Assembly (NCBI GenBank): GCA_964016885.1
Contig: OZ024759.1
Span: 34,348,001-34,412,000, forward strand
Direction of reading: 5' to 3'
DNA: 64,000 nt
Source of the DNA: Eledone cirrhosa
Lineage: Eukaryota
Part shown: piece after piece, positions 41,649 through 56,776 of the stretch
Position numbering within the stretch: the stretch's first letter is position 1
Layout: the number at the start of each line of letters is the position of its first letter
Program-made: the position numbers and the translations under genes
The notes under the pieces: model-generated
Told to the model about the DNA's origin: nothing
The model's input: the letters and a program-made list of their open reading frames with translations, nothing else
The model's database searches: none

Positions 41649-42282
41649 TATATATATAAATATACATATATCCACATACACATATATAAACACACATATA
41701 GATATAGTTAACAACCAATACACACACAGACACGCACATCTGTTCACAGAGGCAAGCACCCACATACACAGTTACTGCAGATATAGACAGACACACACAT
41801 ACACACACGGGCAGCAACACACACAGACACAGACACACACACACACAGACACACACATATATATATATATAGACAGATAGAGAGACAGACAGACAGAGAA
41901 AGAGACAAGAAGGGAAGAAAACAACAAATTTATTTGAAAAGGTTAAACATTAAAACAAAATAACCAACAACAAACATACACGGCAGAAATGTTTGAATGA
42001 AAGAGAATGAGGACTGTAACGCGGTTATAATTGAAGGTGATAATAATGACGATGATGATGATGATGACGATGATACTGGTGATTATGGGTAGTAATACTA
42101 GGGGAGACGTGTTGGTGACCCCAACTGACCCGCCACAATGATGGAGGAATATAATAACCACAACAGCAAGAACAACAGAAATGATTGTATAAATGATTTG
42201 AAATATAACAACATAAATAATATTTATTATAATAAAAATATTATTATAAAAAAATAATTATATATATATATATATATATATA

Positions 42283-42320
<38 letters not shown>

Positions 42321-42335
42321 AATATATAAATATAT

Positions 42336-42394
<59 letters not shown>

Positions 42395-43027
42395 ATATGA
42401 ATGATTATTAAAACAAACCCCGCCCATCACTCCCCACTAAATAATATCGCGATCTCAGCCGTAAAAACAACAACAACGACAACAACATCGTAATGATGAT
42501 AATTGTGATGATAATAAGTAATAAAAAATAAATAAATTAATTATTATTAATAATAATTAATAATTAACCATAATAATATTACTTATTGGGAAGTATTTTT
42601 GCCGCTTTCGATGCAAGGAAGGATTTAACCACTATTTATTTATTCTGTGTTTTAAATTTTAAAAAAATATATATTTTAAAAAAAACACAAAGGAACTTAT
42701 TCAGACACGTGTTGCCTGCCTGGAGCTGTTTGGTTTTACACACAAATATATATATATATGTATGTATATATACGTATATTTACAGCGATACAGGTAAGTT
42801 GTTACGTCTAATATGTACTGTGTTTACTTTCAGTTTCGTGTGTTTTTTTCTGTCTGTCTTTTAATTTAGATATCTTGGATTTTACATAATCACTACACAG
42901 TACCCGTCTTTCTTTACACAAGTACCTAGCTTCCCACCCACCATAAACATCCTTTATACCGTTACCTGCATGTATACATCTTCATGTAAATATATATCTA
43001 GCTCTCTCTCTCTCTATATATATATAT

Positions 43028-43060
<33 letters not shown>

Positions 43061-43142
43061 CACACTTTGATCACCTGTACAGGCAATATTTATTAGAATA
43101 CTTTTGAAATTGGTATAGATTATTTGAGATACCCTGTATGTT

Positions 43143-43185
<43 letters not shown>

Positions 43186-43256
43186 GAAGGGTAATGCCCC
43201 AGCATGGCTTCAGCCGGTTGGCTGGAACGGGTAAAAGGATAAAAGAGTATATATAC

Positions 43257-43292
<36 letters not shown>

Positions 43293-43296
<4 letters not shown>

Positions 43297-43497
43297 GGGG
43301 CTGGTGGAAAGTTCCCGGGTATGAGGGTATCACAGACAGGGTAGATGTGGTACCTTCACAGGGGGAAGGGGGTAGGACCGCTGCAATAACTGTGTGAATC
43401 TGACAGGTAAATAAATGTTGAATAAAATCATAATTAACTGATCACCCGGTATTTTCTTTTATCCGAAGACAGGGAACTTTCAGCACACCTTCATGTA
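43293..43497. mobile_element. Mariner-type MITE (decayed)
   Basis: GGGGCTGGTGGAAAGTTCCC ... GGGAACTTTCAGCACACCTTCATGTA. Confidence 0.45.
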
Positions 43498-43510
43498 TAT
43501 GTGTTAGTTT

Positions 43511-43545
<35 letters not shown>

Positions 43546-43627
43546 CACGCGTGTGTATGTATCCGTGTGTGGTTGTGTGTATCCTATATGAAACTTCGAA
43601 GTCACACACCCACTTTTCCGGTCAATT

Positions 43628-43703
<76 letters not shown>

Positions 43704-44103
43704 TCTATATATAAACGTATTGAGTACGCATTCATTTAATGATAGAATGTGTGTACGCCACTTTGGTCCTTTGCGACAACCAGCAGGGCCCCTCACCCAC
43801 CACCAGGTGTTTAAATGACAGTAGACAACCTACTTCTGGAATTCAGATACTGCTTGCTGGCTGAGCTTTCCACAGACACGTGTACCCTTCACCCTTCACC
43901 TAATTCTCAGAGAGAAGATTCCCCGTGAAATAGTGTATGATGTTTACCTTTGAATTAAGGGCAAACATCCATTACGATATAAAGTCTTGGTCAATGTCAC
44001 AAAACAGAGCCGGGATTTGAACTCCCGACATTAAGATTGTGAGTCGAACGCCCTCACCACTAAAACAAGCCTTATTACACACATATACACACACACATGT
44101 ATT

Positions 44104-44139
<36 letters not shown>

Positions 44140-44142
44140 CAC

Positions 44143-44217
44143 ACAATGTGTCCCAAAATATGTGTATGCATATTTATTAGAATTTTGTTGAAGTGTCTAT
44201 ATATTTTTGGGAGACCC

Positions 44218-44222
<5 letters not shown>
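44143..44222. mobile_element. Tiny Tc1/mariner-type MITE in (TA)n; relative at 43058-43139
   Basis: GTGTCCCAAAATATGTGTAT ... ATATATTTTTGGGAGACCCTATA; shared internal ATATTTATTAGAAT. Confidence 0.5.
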
Positions 44223-44255
<33 letters not shown>

Positions 44256-44269
44256 AGTATATGTATGTG

Positions 44270-44302
<33 letters not shown>

Positions 44303-44359
44303 ATAAATATATATAAATATATATATATATATATGTATATATATATGTATATATATATG

Positions 44360-44390
<31 letters not shown>

Positions 44391-44441
44391 GTATATATAT
44401 ATATGTATATATATATGTATATATATGTATATATATATATA

Positions 44442-44473
<32 letters not shown>

Positions 44474-44474
44474 C

Positions 44475-44544
<70 letters not shown>

Positions 44545-44563
44545 GTATATATATATATATTTA

Positions 44564-44637
<74 letters not shown>

Positions 44638-46835
44638 TACATATATATATACATATATATACATACAACAACAAAAGGTACGCCGTAACTACTCACACAC
44701 TGAACCCTCGCCCCTCATTCTCTGTTTATCAAATATTTCCATATCTTGGACACTGCATAATTCTGAGCCTAAGCCCCCGCACATCCACAGACACGAGTAC
44801 TTAACCCTCAACACCACAACATTCACGCATGCATCTAAATCCTCACCAGCAATACACACACATCACAGGGGCAGCTAAAGGGCCCAACACCACCACACAT
44901 CAGACAGAGACGTACCTAAACCCTCACCCCCACCTCTAGAGCACATCACAAAGGTACTCCACGATTAACACACACCACGTACACACACACACATACACAC
45001 ACATATATATCTAAACCCTCATCACTAACACCACACATACACACACACAAAGACGTACCCTCACCCTCCCCACCAACACCCAGACACACACATAACCCTC
45101 TCCCCTCCCCACAGTCACCACCACAAACACCGGTATCAAACACACTTAAGTGTCTAAACTCCCAATACATACATATATATATACATACATATATACACAC
45201 ATATATATATATACATACATATATACACACATATATACACACAGATTATACATACATATACACACATATAAACATACATATATACATACATATATACACA
45301 CATATATACACACATATATACATACATATATACACACATATATATTTATACACATATATACATACATATATACACACATATATACACACATATATACACA
45401 CAAATATACATACATATACACACGTATAAACATACATATATACATACATATATACACACATATATACACACATATATACATACATATATACACACATATA
45501 TATTTATACACATATATACACATATATACACACATATATACACACATATATACACACATATATACACACATATATACATACATATATACACACACACATA
45601 CACGCATCTATATATACATATATACACATATTACACACATTAGATAGGTACCTAACACAGACAACACCAATATACACACAGGTACTTACCCCCCCCCCCC
45701 CCCCACCAACTCCAACACTCCTAAACGTACCTAAGGTCCTAGTACGCCTATATACATACGGGTACATACACACATTAAACGGGTACCTATACCATACAAC
45801 CTGTATACACTAATGCATGTATAGTTAAACCCCCAGCCCACCAAATACATACATGCATATATACATACATATATACATACATATATACATACATATACAC
45901 ATACATATATACATACATACATACATATATACATATACACATACATATATACATACATATATAGATACATATACACATACATATATACATACATACATAC
46001 ATATATACATATATACATACATATATACATACATATACACATACATATATACATACATACATACATATATACATGCATACATATATAGATGCATACATAC
46101 ACATACATATATACATACATACTTACATATATATATACATGCATATATACATACACGTACATATATATATACATACATATATACATATATATATACATAC
46201 ACGTACATATATACATACATACATACATATATACATATATACATACATACTTACATACATACATATATACATACATATATACATACATACATACTTATAT
46301 ACATACATACTTACATACATACATATATACATATATACATACATACATACATACATACATACATACATACATACATACATACATACATACATACATACAT
46401 ACATACATACCTACATTGCACAAACATATATACATACATACATATATACATACATTGCACGTACATATATATATACATACATTGCACGTATATATATACA
46501 CACATTACACGGTCACCTAAACTTCATCCCACAATACACACACACACACATACTTAAACTCCCAGCACATAAATATATATATATATATATATACTCATAA
46601 CACAGCTTCCCATATCCCCACCAACCCCACAAAGCACACACGTAGCTAACCCCCTACATATACATACATTACACAGGTACATTTACACTAATACACACAC
46701 ACGCGGGTCCCTAACCTTCGAACCCCTATCTATCAGAAAACGTCACCACACGAATCCCTGCCTATAGTTTTGTCTACACCTTACTTCTGACTTCATTGAT
46801 AACACATCAAGCATGTATATGTGTGCGTGATTATA

Positions 46836-46881
<46 letters not shown>

Positions 46882-47025
46882 TATAGATATATATATATAT
46901 AGAGACATATATATATATATATATAGATATATAGATATATATAGACATATATATATATATATAGACATATATATATATATAAACATATATATATATATAT
47001 ATATATAGACATATGTATATATATA

Positions 47026-47065
<40 letters not shown>

Positions 47066-47169
47066 TATATATATATATAGACATATATATATATATATAG
47101 ACATATATATATATAGATATATATATATATATAGACATATATATATATATATAGACATATATATATATA

Positions 47170-47221
<52 letters not shown>

Positions 47222-47294
47222 TATATATATATATATATATAGACATATATATATATATATATATAGACATATATATATATATATATATATAGAC

Positions 47295-47355
<61 letters not shown>

Positions 47356-47567
47356 TATATATATGTATAGACACATATATATATATATATATATATAGTA
47401 ATAATAATAGTAATAATAATAAATTTGGAGACTAAAATCCAAAGAGGGCTCGATAAGGATAAATATATATATACATATATATATATAGACATATACATAC
47501 ATATACAGACATATGCATATAGATATATCTATACATAAATGCACTCACATATATACGTATATATATT

Positions 47568-47743
<176 letters not shown>

Positions 47744-48026
47744 AATGAAAATAGAGAAATTAATGTGAGCAAGAAGCCAATATATATATATATATATATA
47801 ATATATATATATATACATATACACATGCATACATATACACACATATGCATTTACATATATATACATACATATATATATATATACATACACATACATATAT
47901 GTACATATATATGTATATATATATACCTATACACACATATATACCCATATATGCACACAAACACACATATATACATATATAGTGACGAAACATAAGTCAA
48001 TTGCATGAACTCATTATCCTTTATTT

Positions 48027-48082
48027 ACTGCTATATATATTTCGATGGTAGCCATTGAATGGCTATGACCTCATCAGGCAGT
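48027..48082 (-). ncRNA. Minimal type I hammerhead ribozyme (family D)
   Basis: Minus strand ACTGC CTGATGA GGTCATAGCCATTCAATGGCTACCATC GAAA TATATATA GCAGT then AAATAAA; same stem I as 14468 copy, different but still paired stem II. Confidence 0.85.
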
Positions 48083-48684
48083 TAGTCAGTTCCTAGATAT
48101 GCCAGCTCTGTGCTTATGGTGTTGATGGTATCAGAGCCTTGGGACATACAGAGCCTATACACATATATATATACATATATATATGTGTGTGTGAATGAAA
48201 TACATGTAATAGTTGTCCATTGAAATCCTCTCTCTTCATCTTCATCTTTATATCTGGTTTTTATTTTGATATCTTGGACACTGAAAAGTAAACCTTACCA
48301 GCTCCCTAACAACTTCCGAACAGCTCCCTACATACCCAGCCATCCACCTGTCTAGACGTCCAGCCACTGAAAATATCTAGGGGTAACTCTGGAACGCCAT
48401 TTACCCAAATTTACAAACACCCAATCTCTCCATCATCATCATCACTGCAATACTTCATAAACCATCTCAAGCCCTCCATCGTCATTATCACTAAAGGTGG
48501 GTAAAAACCCCCTTTTGACTCGATGAGCATGGGATTTGCACCTACAAAGTTCCCCTCTGAGGTACAAGTCCATGGAAGGTTGGTTGTGGAAGACCAGCTG
48601 TCACCCATGTATACCAACCTCCCGTCCACACACCACCGTTGAGGTCCAAGGGAAAGACAAAGGCACTAGTGACATGACAACGTA

Positions 48685-48729
<45 letters not shown>

Positions 48730-48942
48730 TATATACATACATTATTTACATACTATATATACACTTTATACACTATATATACACTATATTTGATGTTGTC
48801 CAAGGGAAAGACAATGGCCGATACAGCTTGGCACCAGTGACATGACAACTTATATATATATATATATATATATATACGTAATATACATACTATATATTCT
48901 CTATATATACACTATATATTCTCTCTGTATATACACTATATA

Positions 48943-49144
48943 TGATGTTGTCCAAGAGAAAGGCAATGGCCGATACAGCTTGGCACAAGTGATGTCGCAA
49001 CTCATTTCTACAGCTGAGTAAACTGAAGCAACGTGAAATAAAGTATCTTGTTTAAGGGCACAATGCATCACCCGGTCCGAGAATCGAACTCACAACCTTC
49101 CGATTGCAAGCCCAATGCTCTCACCACTAAGCCATGCCCCTTCA
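48943..49144 (-). mobile_element. tRNA-derived SINE family 2 (tRNA-like head with GCA anticodon loop)
   Basis: Minus strand GTGAAGGGGCATGGCTTAGTGGTGAGAGCATTGGGCTTGCAATCGG..GAGTTCGATTCTCGGACC (A and B boxes); 3' body extends toward ~48420 with local duplications. Confidence 0.75.
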
Positions 49145-49449
49145 CTACAATACTTCAGACATACCAGCCCTCTATCATCACCAAAACCACAACACTTCAT
49201 ACACCATGTCTTTTGTTTTGGGTCAATTTACTATTTTCCTCTACAGGTCTTGCTGTTCTGGCTGTTTTCATTGTTACTCTTGTTGTTGCTGTTGTTGCTG
49301 TTGCTGTTCTCTCTTCTACTTCTTCTTTCCTTCTTTTCATTCTTCCACTTTTTGTTGTTGTATTAGCCGTAATCGGTAGAGCATCAGACGCCATGCTTTT
49401 ATGGCATGTGTTAATATTAAACGCCCTTCAAACATCTCAGAATTAGAAA

Positions 49450-49771
49450 CTGGGCCCTCCGTCGGTTACGACGAAGAGTGTCCCAGCTGATCCGATCAAC
49501 GGAACAGCCTGCCCATTGAAATGAACGTGCAAGTGGCTGAGCATTCCACAGACACATATACCTTTAATGTAGTACTCAGGGAGATTCAGTGTGACACAGA
49601 AAGTGAAGCAGGCTGGTCATTTGAATTACAGATACGGCCTCATATTTGCCAGCTGAGTGGACTGGAGCAACGTGAAATAAAGTGTCTTGCTCAAGGACAC
49701 AACTCGATGCTCGGAACGGAATGTCACAATCTTACGATTATGAACCGAATACCTTGACCACAAAGCCATGC
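49450..49771 (-). mobile_element. SINE family 3 (shares head/core with family 2; body CAGGGAGATTCAG..)
   Basis: Related fragments at ~27030-27150, 43860-43970, 54400-54500, 54835-54970, 58905-59115. Confidence 0.7.
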
Positions 49772-50101
49772 TTAAGTTCCAGAAAGAAAGGTGATTATTA
49801 TCGATTTCTTTAATAAACTTGGTAGGTTGCCCTTGGTCTTCATATCCTCCCCCCCCCCCATAGCCTCCCCCTTCTCTCCTCAGACACGGGGAAAGATCGA
49901 TACTGTTGATGTTCCCGTTTAAATTGTTGCATGATCACATATATTTGGGAAAGAATTGTGCAGACAGGATGTGAAGGAGGATCTCCGGGGGGGAGTGGGG
50001 CAACCAGAGGAGGGTAGACTGGGAAACATTGCTTAGTGTGGGGCCTAGTGGTTAGACATACATAGACACACACATATACACATCTGTGTGTATACATACA
50101 G

Positions 50102-50150
<49 letters not shown>

Positions 50151-50152
<2 letters not shown>

Positions 50153-50264
50153 ACAAAGGAATTGTGGTAAGGAACTAGATGGACCATAACGCACCAGAGT
50201 ACTCAATACTTAGGGTAGTAGAGTGGGAAACGGCTTGAGCTCTGCCGTCGGGGGCATACTTTTT

Positions 50265-50270
<6 letters not shown>
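50151..50270 (-). mobile_element. Family B element, truncated
   Basis: Tail plus inverted GAAACGGCTTGAGCTCTGCCGTCGGGG; further fragments at 12150-12239 (+), 12507-12543 (-), 16285-16360, 56962-56998 (-). Confidence 0.72.
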
Positions 50271-50302
<32 letters not shown>

Positions 50303-50381
50303 TATCCATTCTTGTCTGATGACTGATAAATAGGCGAAGCTCCAGATTAACAAGACCCATTATTTAGCCATAATATAATGA

Positions 50382-50516
<135 letters not shown>

Positions 50517-50664
50517 GTGTGTGTGTGTATGTACGTATATGTATATTTCGTTTGCAATATTCTTGTAGTGAAATCATGTGTTGAACCATAAGTTATTATA
50601 CTTTGGGAGGGTCATACTTGCTGCCAATAAAATACACACACCAGTTGGGTTTCATTTGGTTTCT

Positions 50665-52140
50665 ATTATTAATCAGAAATTACGGGGCTCTATAATATAA
50701 AGTACCAGTCATGTACTGGGGTCGATTTAATAGACCTTTCCCATCCTCCAAATTACTGCCCTTGTGCCTATACTAGAAAACATTATTAATCAGAATTGGC
50801 AGTATCAGTAGGGGGTCGGACGCCATGCTTTCCAGGATAGTTACGTCCCTTTACGATCTGAGTTCAAATTCCGCCGAGGTTGACTTTGCCTTTCATCCTT
50901 ACGGTGGTCGATAAAATAAAATACCAGTAATGCACTGGGGTAATTGCTGGCCTTGTGCCAAAAGTAGAAACAATTATTAATCAGAAAGAGGGTGGTGGAT
51001 TGGCAGTATCGGTAGAGAGTCGGACACCATGCTTTGAAGCATAGAGTTACGTCCCTTTATGATCTAAGTTCAAAATCCCGCCAAGGTTAACTTTGCCTTT
51101 CATCCTTACGGGGTCGATAAAATAAAGTACCAGTAATGTACTGGGTATTTTCTGGCCTTGTGCCTAAAATAGAAACAATTATTAATCAGAAAGAATGCTG
51201 GTTTGGTAGAGCTGGAATAAAGTAAGACAAACGCTTGGAAAGAATCTTTACGTTTAGAGTTAAAATCTCGCCAGAGTTTACTTTGCTTTTCATCCTTACG
51301 GGGTCGATGAAATAAAGTACCAGTAATGCACTGGGGTCAATTTAATCGACTTTCGCCTTTCCCCAAAAAATGTTTAGCCTTGGGTCAACAATTAGAAACA
51401 ATTATTAGTCAGAAAGAGTGATAGGTTGGTAGAGTATGTAGAACCTAAGACAAACGCTTGGAATTATTAGCTTTGCTTTTCATCAGAGGAGAGGCTGTGA
51501 AAACCTTGAGAGTATTTTCTCCAAATCTTTACGGTCTGAGTTCAAATTCCGCCGAGGTTAGTTTCGTCTTTCATCTTTACGGGGTCGATAAAACAAATAC
51601 CAGTAACACACTGGTGTCGATTTAATCGATTGCTCCCCAAAAAAGAATTGTTGACCATGTGGTTAAATAAAAAACAAATTCTTCTTCTTCTTCTTTTCGA
51701 AGCATGTGGTTATATGACAGTTTACCATTTCTTTACACAGTCCTTTGCATTATTATTAAATTCTGCGAGATCTTTTAAGCTGCACTGGTTGTGTAGTAGA
51801 GGGCAAACAAGGCAGTGCTGCATCGTATGGTCCTCCTGTCCGCATCCGTAGATGGTTGGGCCGGTCTTGTAGCCCCATCTGGCCATAGCAGCTGTTAAAA
51901 ACAACTATTAATAAGAAAGAAGAGTGGGTTGGTAGAGTCGGTAGAAGGTAAAACAAAAGCTTGGGCCCGTTTTCTCCGAATCTTTACGTTTTGAGCTCAA
52001 ATCCCGCCGAGGTTAGTTTTGCTTTTCATTTTTTTTTTTCTGGTGTTGATGAAATAAAATAAAACATGGGTCAATTTACAGGGCATTCTCTGTCCCTAGA
52101 AATTGTTGACCCCTATTACAGTGCTGGAACGGATTATTAG
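50665..52140 (+). mobile_element. Head-to-tail array of ~6 SINE family 1 copies with a nested LINE 3' end
   Basis: Units separated by ATTATTAATCAGAA or variants. Confidence 0.8.
51679..51895 (-). mobile_element. 3' end of Ingi/Vingi-like LINE with (GAA)n tail
   Basis: WGYKTGPTIYGCGQEDHTMQHCLVCPLLHNQCSLKDL..KKW*, C-terminal zinc-knuckle-like; short 3'UTR then GAAGAAGAA; clade assignment from memory. Confidence 0.6.
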
Positions 52141-52297
52141 TCATGCTATTAATCCATTATTCTAGCAATCCATTATTCTACCAATCCATTATTTTATTAA
52201 TCCATTCACCTGTTTCAACTGGTTGTTTCATCTCAAATTATTTGACTTTCTCACTGATTATTTTGGACTTCTCTCTTTCTCTCTCTCTCTCTCTATA

Positions 52298-52342
<45 letters not shown>

Positions 52343-52539
52343 CTCGCTCTCTCTCTCTATATATATATATATCTCTAGCTCTCTCTCTCTCGTTCTCTCT
52401 CTATATCTATCTATCTATCTATCTCACTCTCTCTCTCTCTCTCTCTCTCCATCGCTCTCTATCTCTCACACTCTTTTTCTCTCTCACTATTTCTATCTCT
52501 TTCGTTCTCTCTCTCTCTCACTCTATGTCTATCTCTCTC

Positions 52540-52594
<55 letters not shown>

Positions 52595-53344
52595 ACTCTC
52601 CATCTCGCTCCCTCTCTCTTTCCCTCGCTCCCTCTCTCTCGAATTCCCACACTCTCTCTATATATATATATCCCTCTCCCTCTCTCTCTATCTCATTTCT
52701 TTTCGCGATTTTGTAACACTAACACCACCTTTAATATACATACATATCTGTGTATATATGTGTATACGTGTACATGTGTGTGTGTACGTGTTTGCGTGTT
52801 TTATGTGTATACGTGATTGTGTATGTGTATACATGTTTGTGTATGTGTGTGTATATATATATACATGTTTGTGTACGTGTGTGTGTGGTTGTATGTGTAT
52901 ACGTGAGTTTGTATGTGTGTGTGTGTATATTACTGTGTTTGTATTCATGTTTGCATATGTGTGTTTGTGTTGGGAACCCCAGTATATTACTGTTAAACCA
53001 AGCACAAAAATCAAACACCCAGAGAAAAAAATAGAATCAACATCGGTACCGACAAGATTTGAACACGACACTGTGGAGAATTATATTTGGGTAAAAACAT
53101 GATGTCCCTCAAAAACTAGATTAAATCCCTTGTATATCACTGGTACACCTATCACTTAAACCAAGCTGAAGTAACAAAAAGCAACCTAAAACACCGAGAG
53201 AAAAAAATAAGATAAAAAACGGCGCAGACGCGGATTGAACTATAAACTACAGATTACGGGTGGGTTTAAAACAATGTACATCAACTGGTAGGAAATTACT
53301 GTTGTTTGATTGCAGATCATAGATCTTATTCTTCTGAAGTCCCT

Positions 53345-53453
53345 TCACTCCCTGGAGAGTCGTAGTGGTGCCGTATTGACATCGTTTCTAGGACATTTCT
53401 TTAACCTGGCAGAACCCATACCTTCTCCAGTACTGAATATAGCAGATTTCTTC
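53345..53453 (-). CDS. Possible exon after a strong acceptor (KKSAIFSTGEGMGSARLKKCPRNDVNTAPLRLSRE*, or 32-nt exon ending AAG|GTATGG)
   Basis: Minus strand TCTCTTTCTATCCTTCTCAG acceptor followed by unique GC-balanced sequence. Confidence 0.2.
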
Positions 53454-53499
53454 CTGAGAAGGATAGAAAGAGACTGAGAGAATGGAAGTTAGAAACCGA

Positions 53500-54250
53500 T
53501 ATAGAGGAAGAAGAATCGACACCAGTACTAGACTGGTACTTTTGTTTTCGACCTCGAATGGGTCAAAGTTGACCTTGGCGGGATTTGAACTCAGAAAGCC
53601 GAAACGAAAACGGCAAAGCAACCTATCCGACATTCTAACAACTCTGCTCATTCACTACTTATTTCATAAATATTACACTTAATATATTAAACGTATGTCG
53701 GGCCGTGAATTGGCAGTATCGGTGGTACCTCGGACAACATGATTTAAATATTTTTCATTCATCCACGGTCGATATAATAAAGTACCAGTAATGCACTGGG
53801 GTTGATTTAATCGATTTTCCTCTCTCGCCAAAAATTGTTTGCTTTGTACCTACATCAGAAACCAATATATTAATCGTATGTTAAATACTAAAAACAAGCA
53901 GAAGAGACGACAGATAAAGAAGAAGAAAACAAAAGAGAATTAAACTCGGTGGAACGAGCGAGATTTGAACTCGTGACTGTGGAACATAGAAGTGTTTTTG
54001 TAACACCCTACTACAGCTTGTGTAGTTATGATGTTACTAATGTTCTACAAGTGACAACAGTAATGGTCAGAGAAGAACTTATGTGTGTAGGAATATTTAA
54101 TATCTGAGAGAACAAATCCCGCCAGGGTTAACTTTGCTTCTCATCCTTAAGGGGTCGATAAAATGAAGTACCAGTCACGCACTAAAGTTGATTTAGTCGA
54201 CTTTCCCCTCCCTCAACATTTCTGCCCTTGTGCCTATATTAGAAACCAAA
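53500..54250. mobile_element. Diverged SINE family 1 copies (53500-53650 -, 53700-53870 +, 54110-54250 +)
   Basis: Core motif GTCGATA..AAGTACCAGT. Confidence 0.65.
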
Positions 54251-55242
54251 ATTTGAGAGAACATATTTTATTTTCTACAAGTGATAGCAGTAATGGTCAG
54301 AAAAGAACTTGTGTGGGTAGAAATAGCATTTAATATTTGAGATAATATATTTTATTTGGTTGCCTCCCAACCTTGAAAATATCTGGAATCGATCTCCGTT
54401 GATTTCGACGATGAGTGTTCCAGTTGTTTGACAAACGGGACAATCTAAGCGTTAAATTAAAGTGCAGGTGTCTGAGCATACTAGATATACACATCGATTT
54501 TTTGGTCACATATTCCTCGGTTTATATTTCAGTATACACGGTAGTTCAATCATGTGGTTCCAAGTTCGATCTTATTGCTGCATGACATATTGGTCAAGTA
54601 TAATTTAAACATAGTGTCACGTCGAGCTAGACCTTGTAAGTGAAATTTGGTAGACGGAAACTGTTTGGAAGCCCGACAAATGGTGAATGGCTATAATTGA
54701 AAAGACCAGCATTATCCCACTCTCTCTCTCTCACTCTTGTTATATGTTTTTTTACAAGTCTTTTAAATGTATGTAAACTCCCCCCTTTGTATTTGTCCCA
54801 ATCTGTGATGCCCTACTGGCAAATAAATAGAAATTACTCTGTGAACTCACGTTAAGGGTACACGTGCCAGTCCGAATGGTCAGTCCGAATTAACTTACAC
54901 GTTAATTTCATCATCAGATCAAGCTGGTCTGTTAATCGAACAACTGGAATAGTCATCGTCGAAAACAAGGGAGATACATCATAATCTACCGTATATATTT
55001 CATACCACTGTAATACATGTTACAGTGAGAAATAGCTGTCTCGCTTTAATGATATAATTATCCTTACCAAGCCAGCTTACACTCTTCATATGACTTTATT
55101 TACATTGGTTCTATTCCAAAACGTCTTGAGATCTACAGATAAAGATTAATGGATTTCCGTCTATTTCGACGATGTATCTTCTAAGCGTTCAGTTTGTTCA
55201 ATGGAAAAGGAAGTCCGTTAAATTAACATGTCTACTGTCTGG

Positions 55243-55445
55243 TTGTGTGTTGTGTTCTTGAGCAAAACACTTCATTTCCCGTTGTTCTATTACGATACAT
55301 AGCCGAAAAAGAACCCAGCAATAGCTGGGGGTTTAACCCTGCGATGGACTGGTGTCCTGTCCAGGGGGGAGTCTTGTGCTCTCAGTCGCCTCACGCCAGT
55401 AAAATCGCTATAAACAGCAGCCTGATGAGCCTCTGAGTTCGAGAC
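55243..55445 (+). mobile_element. SINE-like fragment with CCTGCGATGGACTGG..TCCAGGGG domain
   Basis: GTGTTGTGTTCTTGAGCAAAACACTT then AACCCTGCGATGGACTGGTGTCCTGTCCAGGGGG, recalled from metazoan SINE bodies. Confidence 0.55.
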
Positions 55446-55874
55446 AGCTTAGTATTCCACAGATATGTGTGGGCAATAAAAGATAATCACAAACCTAATC
55501 AGGTGAGCAAACGTGAGACGAGACCTGACCTTTGAATTACAATTAGAGTTCATCTGATGGGTTTTTCAAACATATTCCTTCATCTCGATTTTATTCAGAA
55601 GGGTGGAGCCGATCTAAGACTATAGTAAAGCACATTTACTGGAGATGACACACGGTTATTCATGAGACGGGGCTGGCATTTTTAATTACAAGTAGAGACC
55701 ATCGAATAGGTTTTTCAATTAGATTCCGTCTGCTCGATTTTACTAATAAGGCTGGAGCTGATCAAGGACGAGATGAACCAAACATTCCAAAGATGACTCA
55801 GTGAGATTGAACCCAGGTGCATTTAATTGCTACGGAAATATTTTGACTACTTGGTTATACCTTCGTCAACAATA

Positions 55875-56035
55875 TATCTTCTTGTCATCCCATCCTTATA
55901 TCTGAGGGTCATATACTTATGGACCAGCACACCCATCTTTTCCTGTCTCTTGCCATTGCTGTACATTCCACCAAAGACCTTTCTGTCCATTCCTTAATAT
56001 CATATGTCCGTTTCCTGCCCTGCCGTCCCCTATAT
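55875..56035 (-). mobile_element. RTE-clade LINE 3' end fragment
   Basis: RGRQGRKRTYDIKEWTERSLVECTAMARDRKRW matches the RTE C-terminal GR..W.DDIKEWT..A.DR..W pattern. Confidence 0.7.
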
Positions 56036-56776
56036 AGAACTATAATGAACTCGGCTGGATTTGAAATCTGAAGGTCAAAAACCAGAACCTATACCGCAAA
56101 TGGTCTTAATCTGTCGTTCTACCAACTCTGCTAATCCACCACCCTGCATCTAAGAATATATTTTCTAGAGATTATATTACATACCCGGGTAGAGTGTACA
56201 ATAATTAATAGCTGCCCTGGTTATAGAATATAATTAAACTCACATAGACAGGTTACAGTTCTCTTTTGACCTTATTCATATCGGTTGGAATAAAAATTAT
56301 TCCAGATCTAAACCAGCTGACAATCAATATTTCACCTTACAAACCAGCCTCGTCTTCCCCGTGTGTCATTACATATTCTGGTAAGTCTCCTAGTATCTAT
56401 TCTAGTAACTAGCAGTAAAGTTGTAGCGTAGTGCTTAGGGAATAGGATTTGCAACCGTGAGGTTGCCAGTTCGATTCCAGGACTGGGGGATGCTTTATGT
56501 TCTTGTCCAAGAATATTTTTATTTCATGTAGCTCCTTCTGTCTGAACTTGTGAGAGGTATATAATATCAGCAACGGAAATATCAATGGAAACATTTTTTC
56601 TTTGGCCCGAGTCGACAAGTTCCAACCTTACTCCACTCGGTAAGGTCTGGGAACTTATCGAACTTTTTTCCTACTAATAACTATCAAGTCTACCTATTCT
56701 AGTAACTACAATATATATATATATATATATAATATGGAAAACGAAGAATCAATGAAGCATCGGAATACAATTTATT

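Noticed and set aside
55418-55447. CCTGATGAGCC..CGAGAC hammerhead-like text
   Set aside because: No stems I or III; lies at the 3' end of a SINE-like fragment
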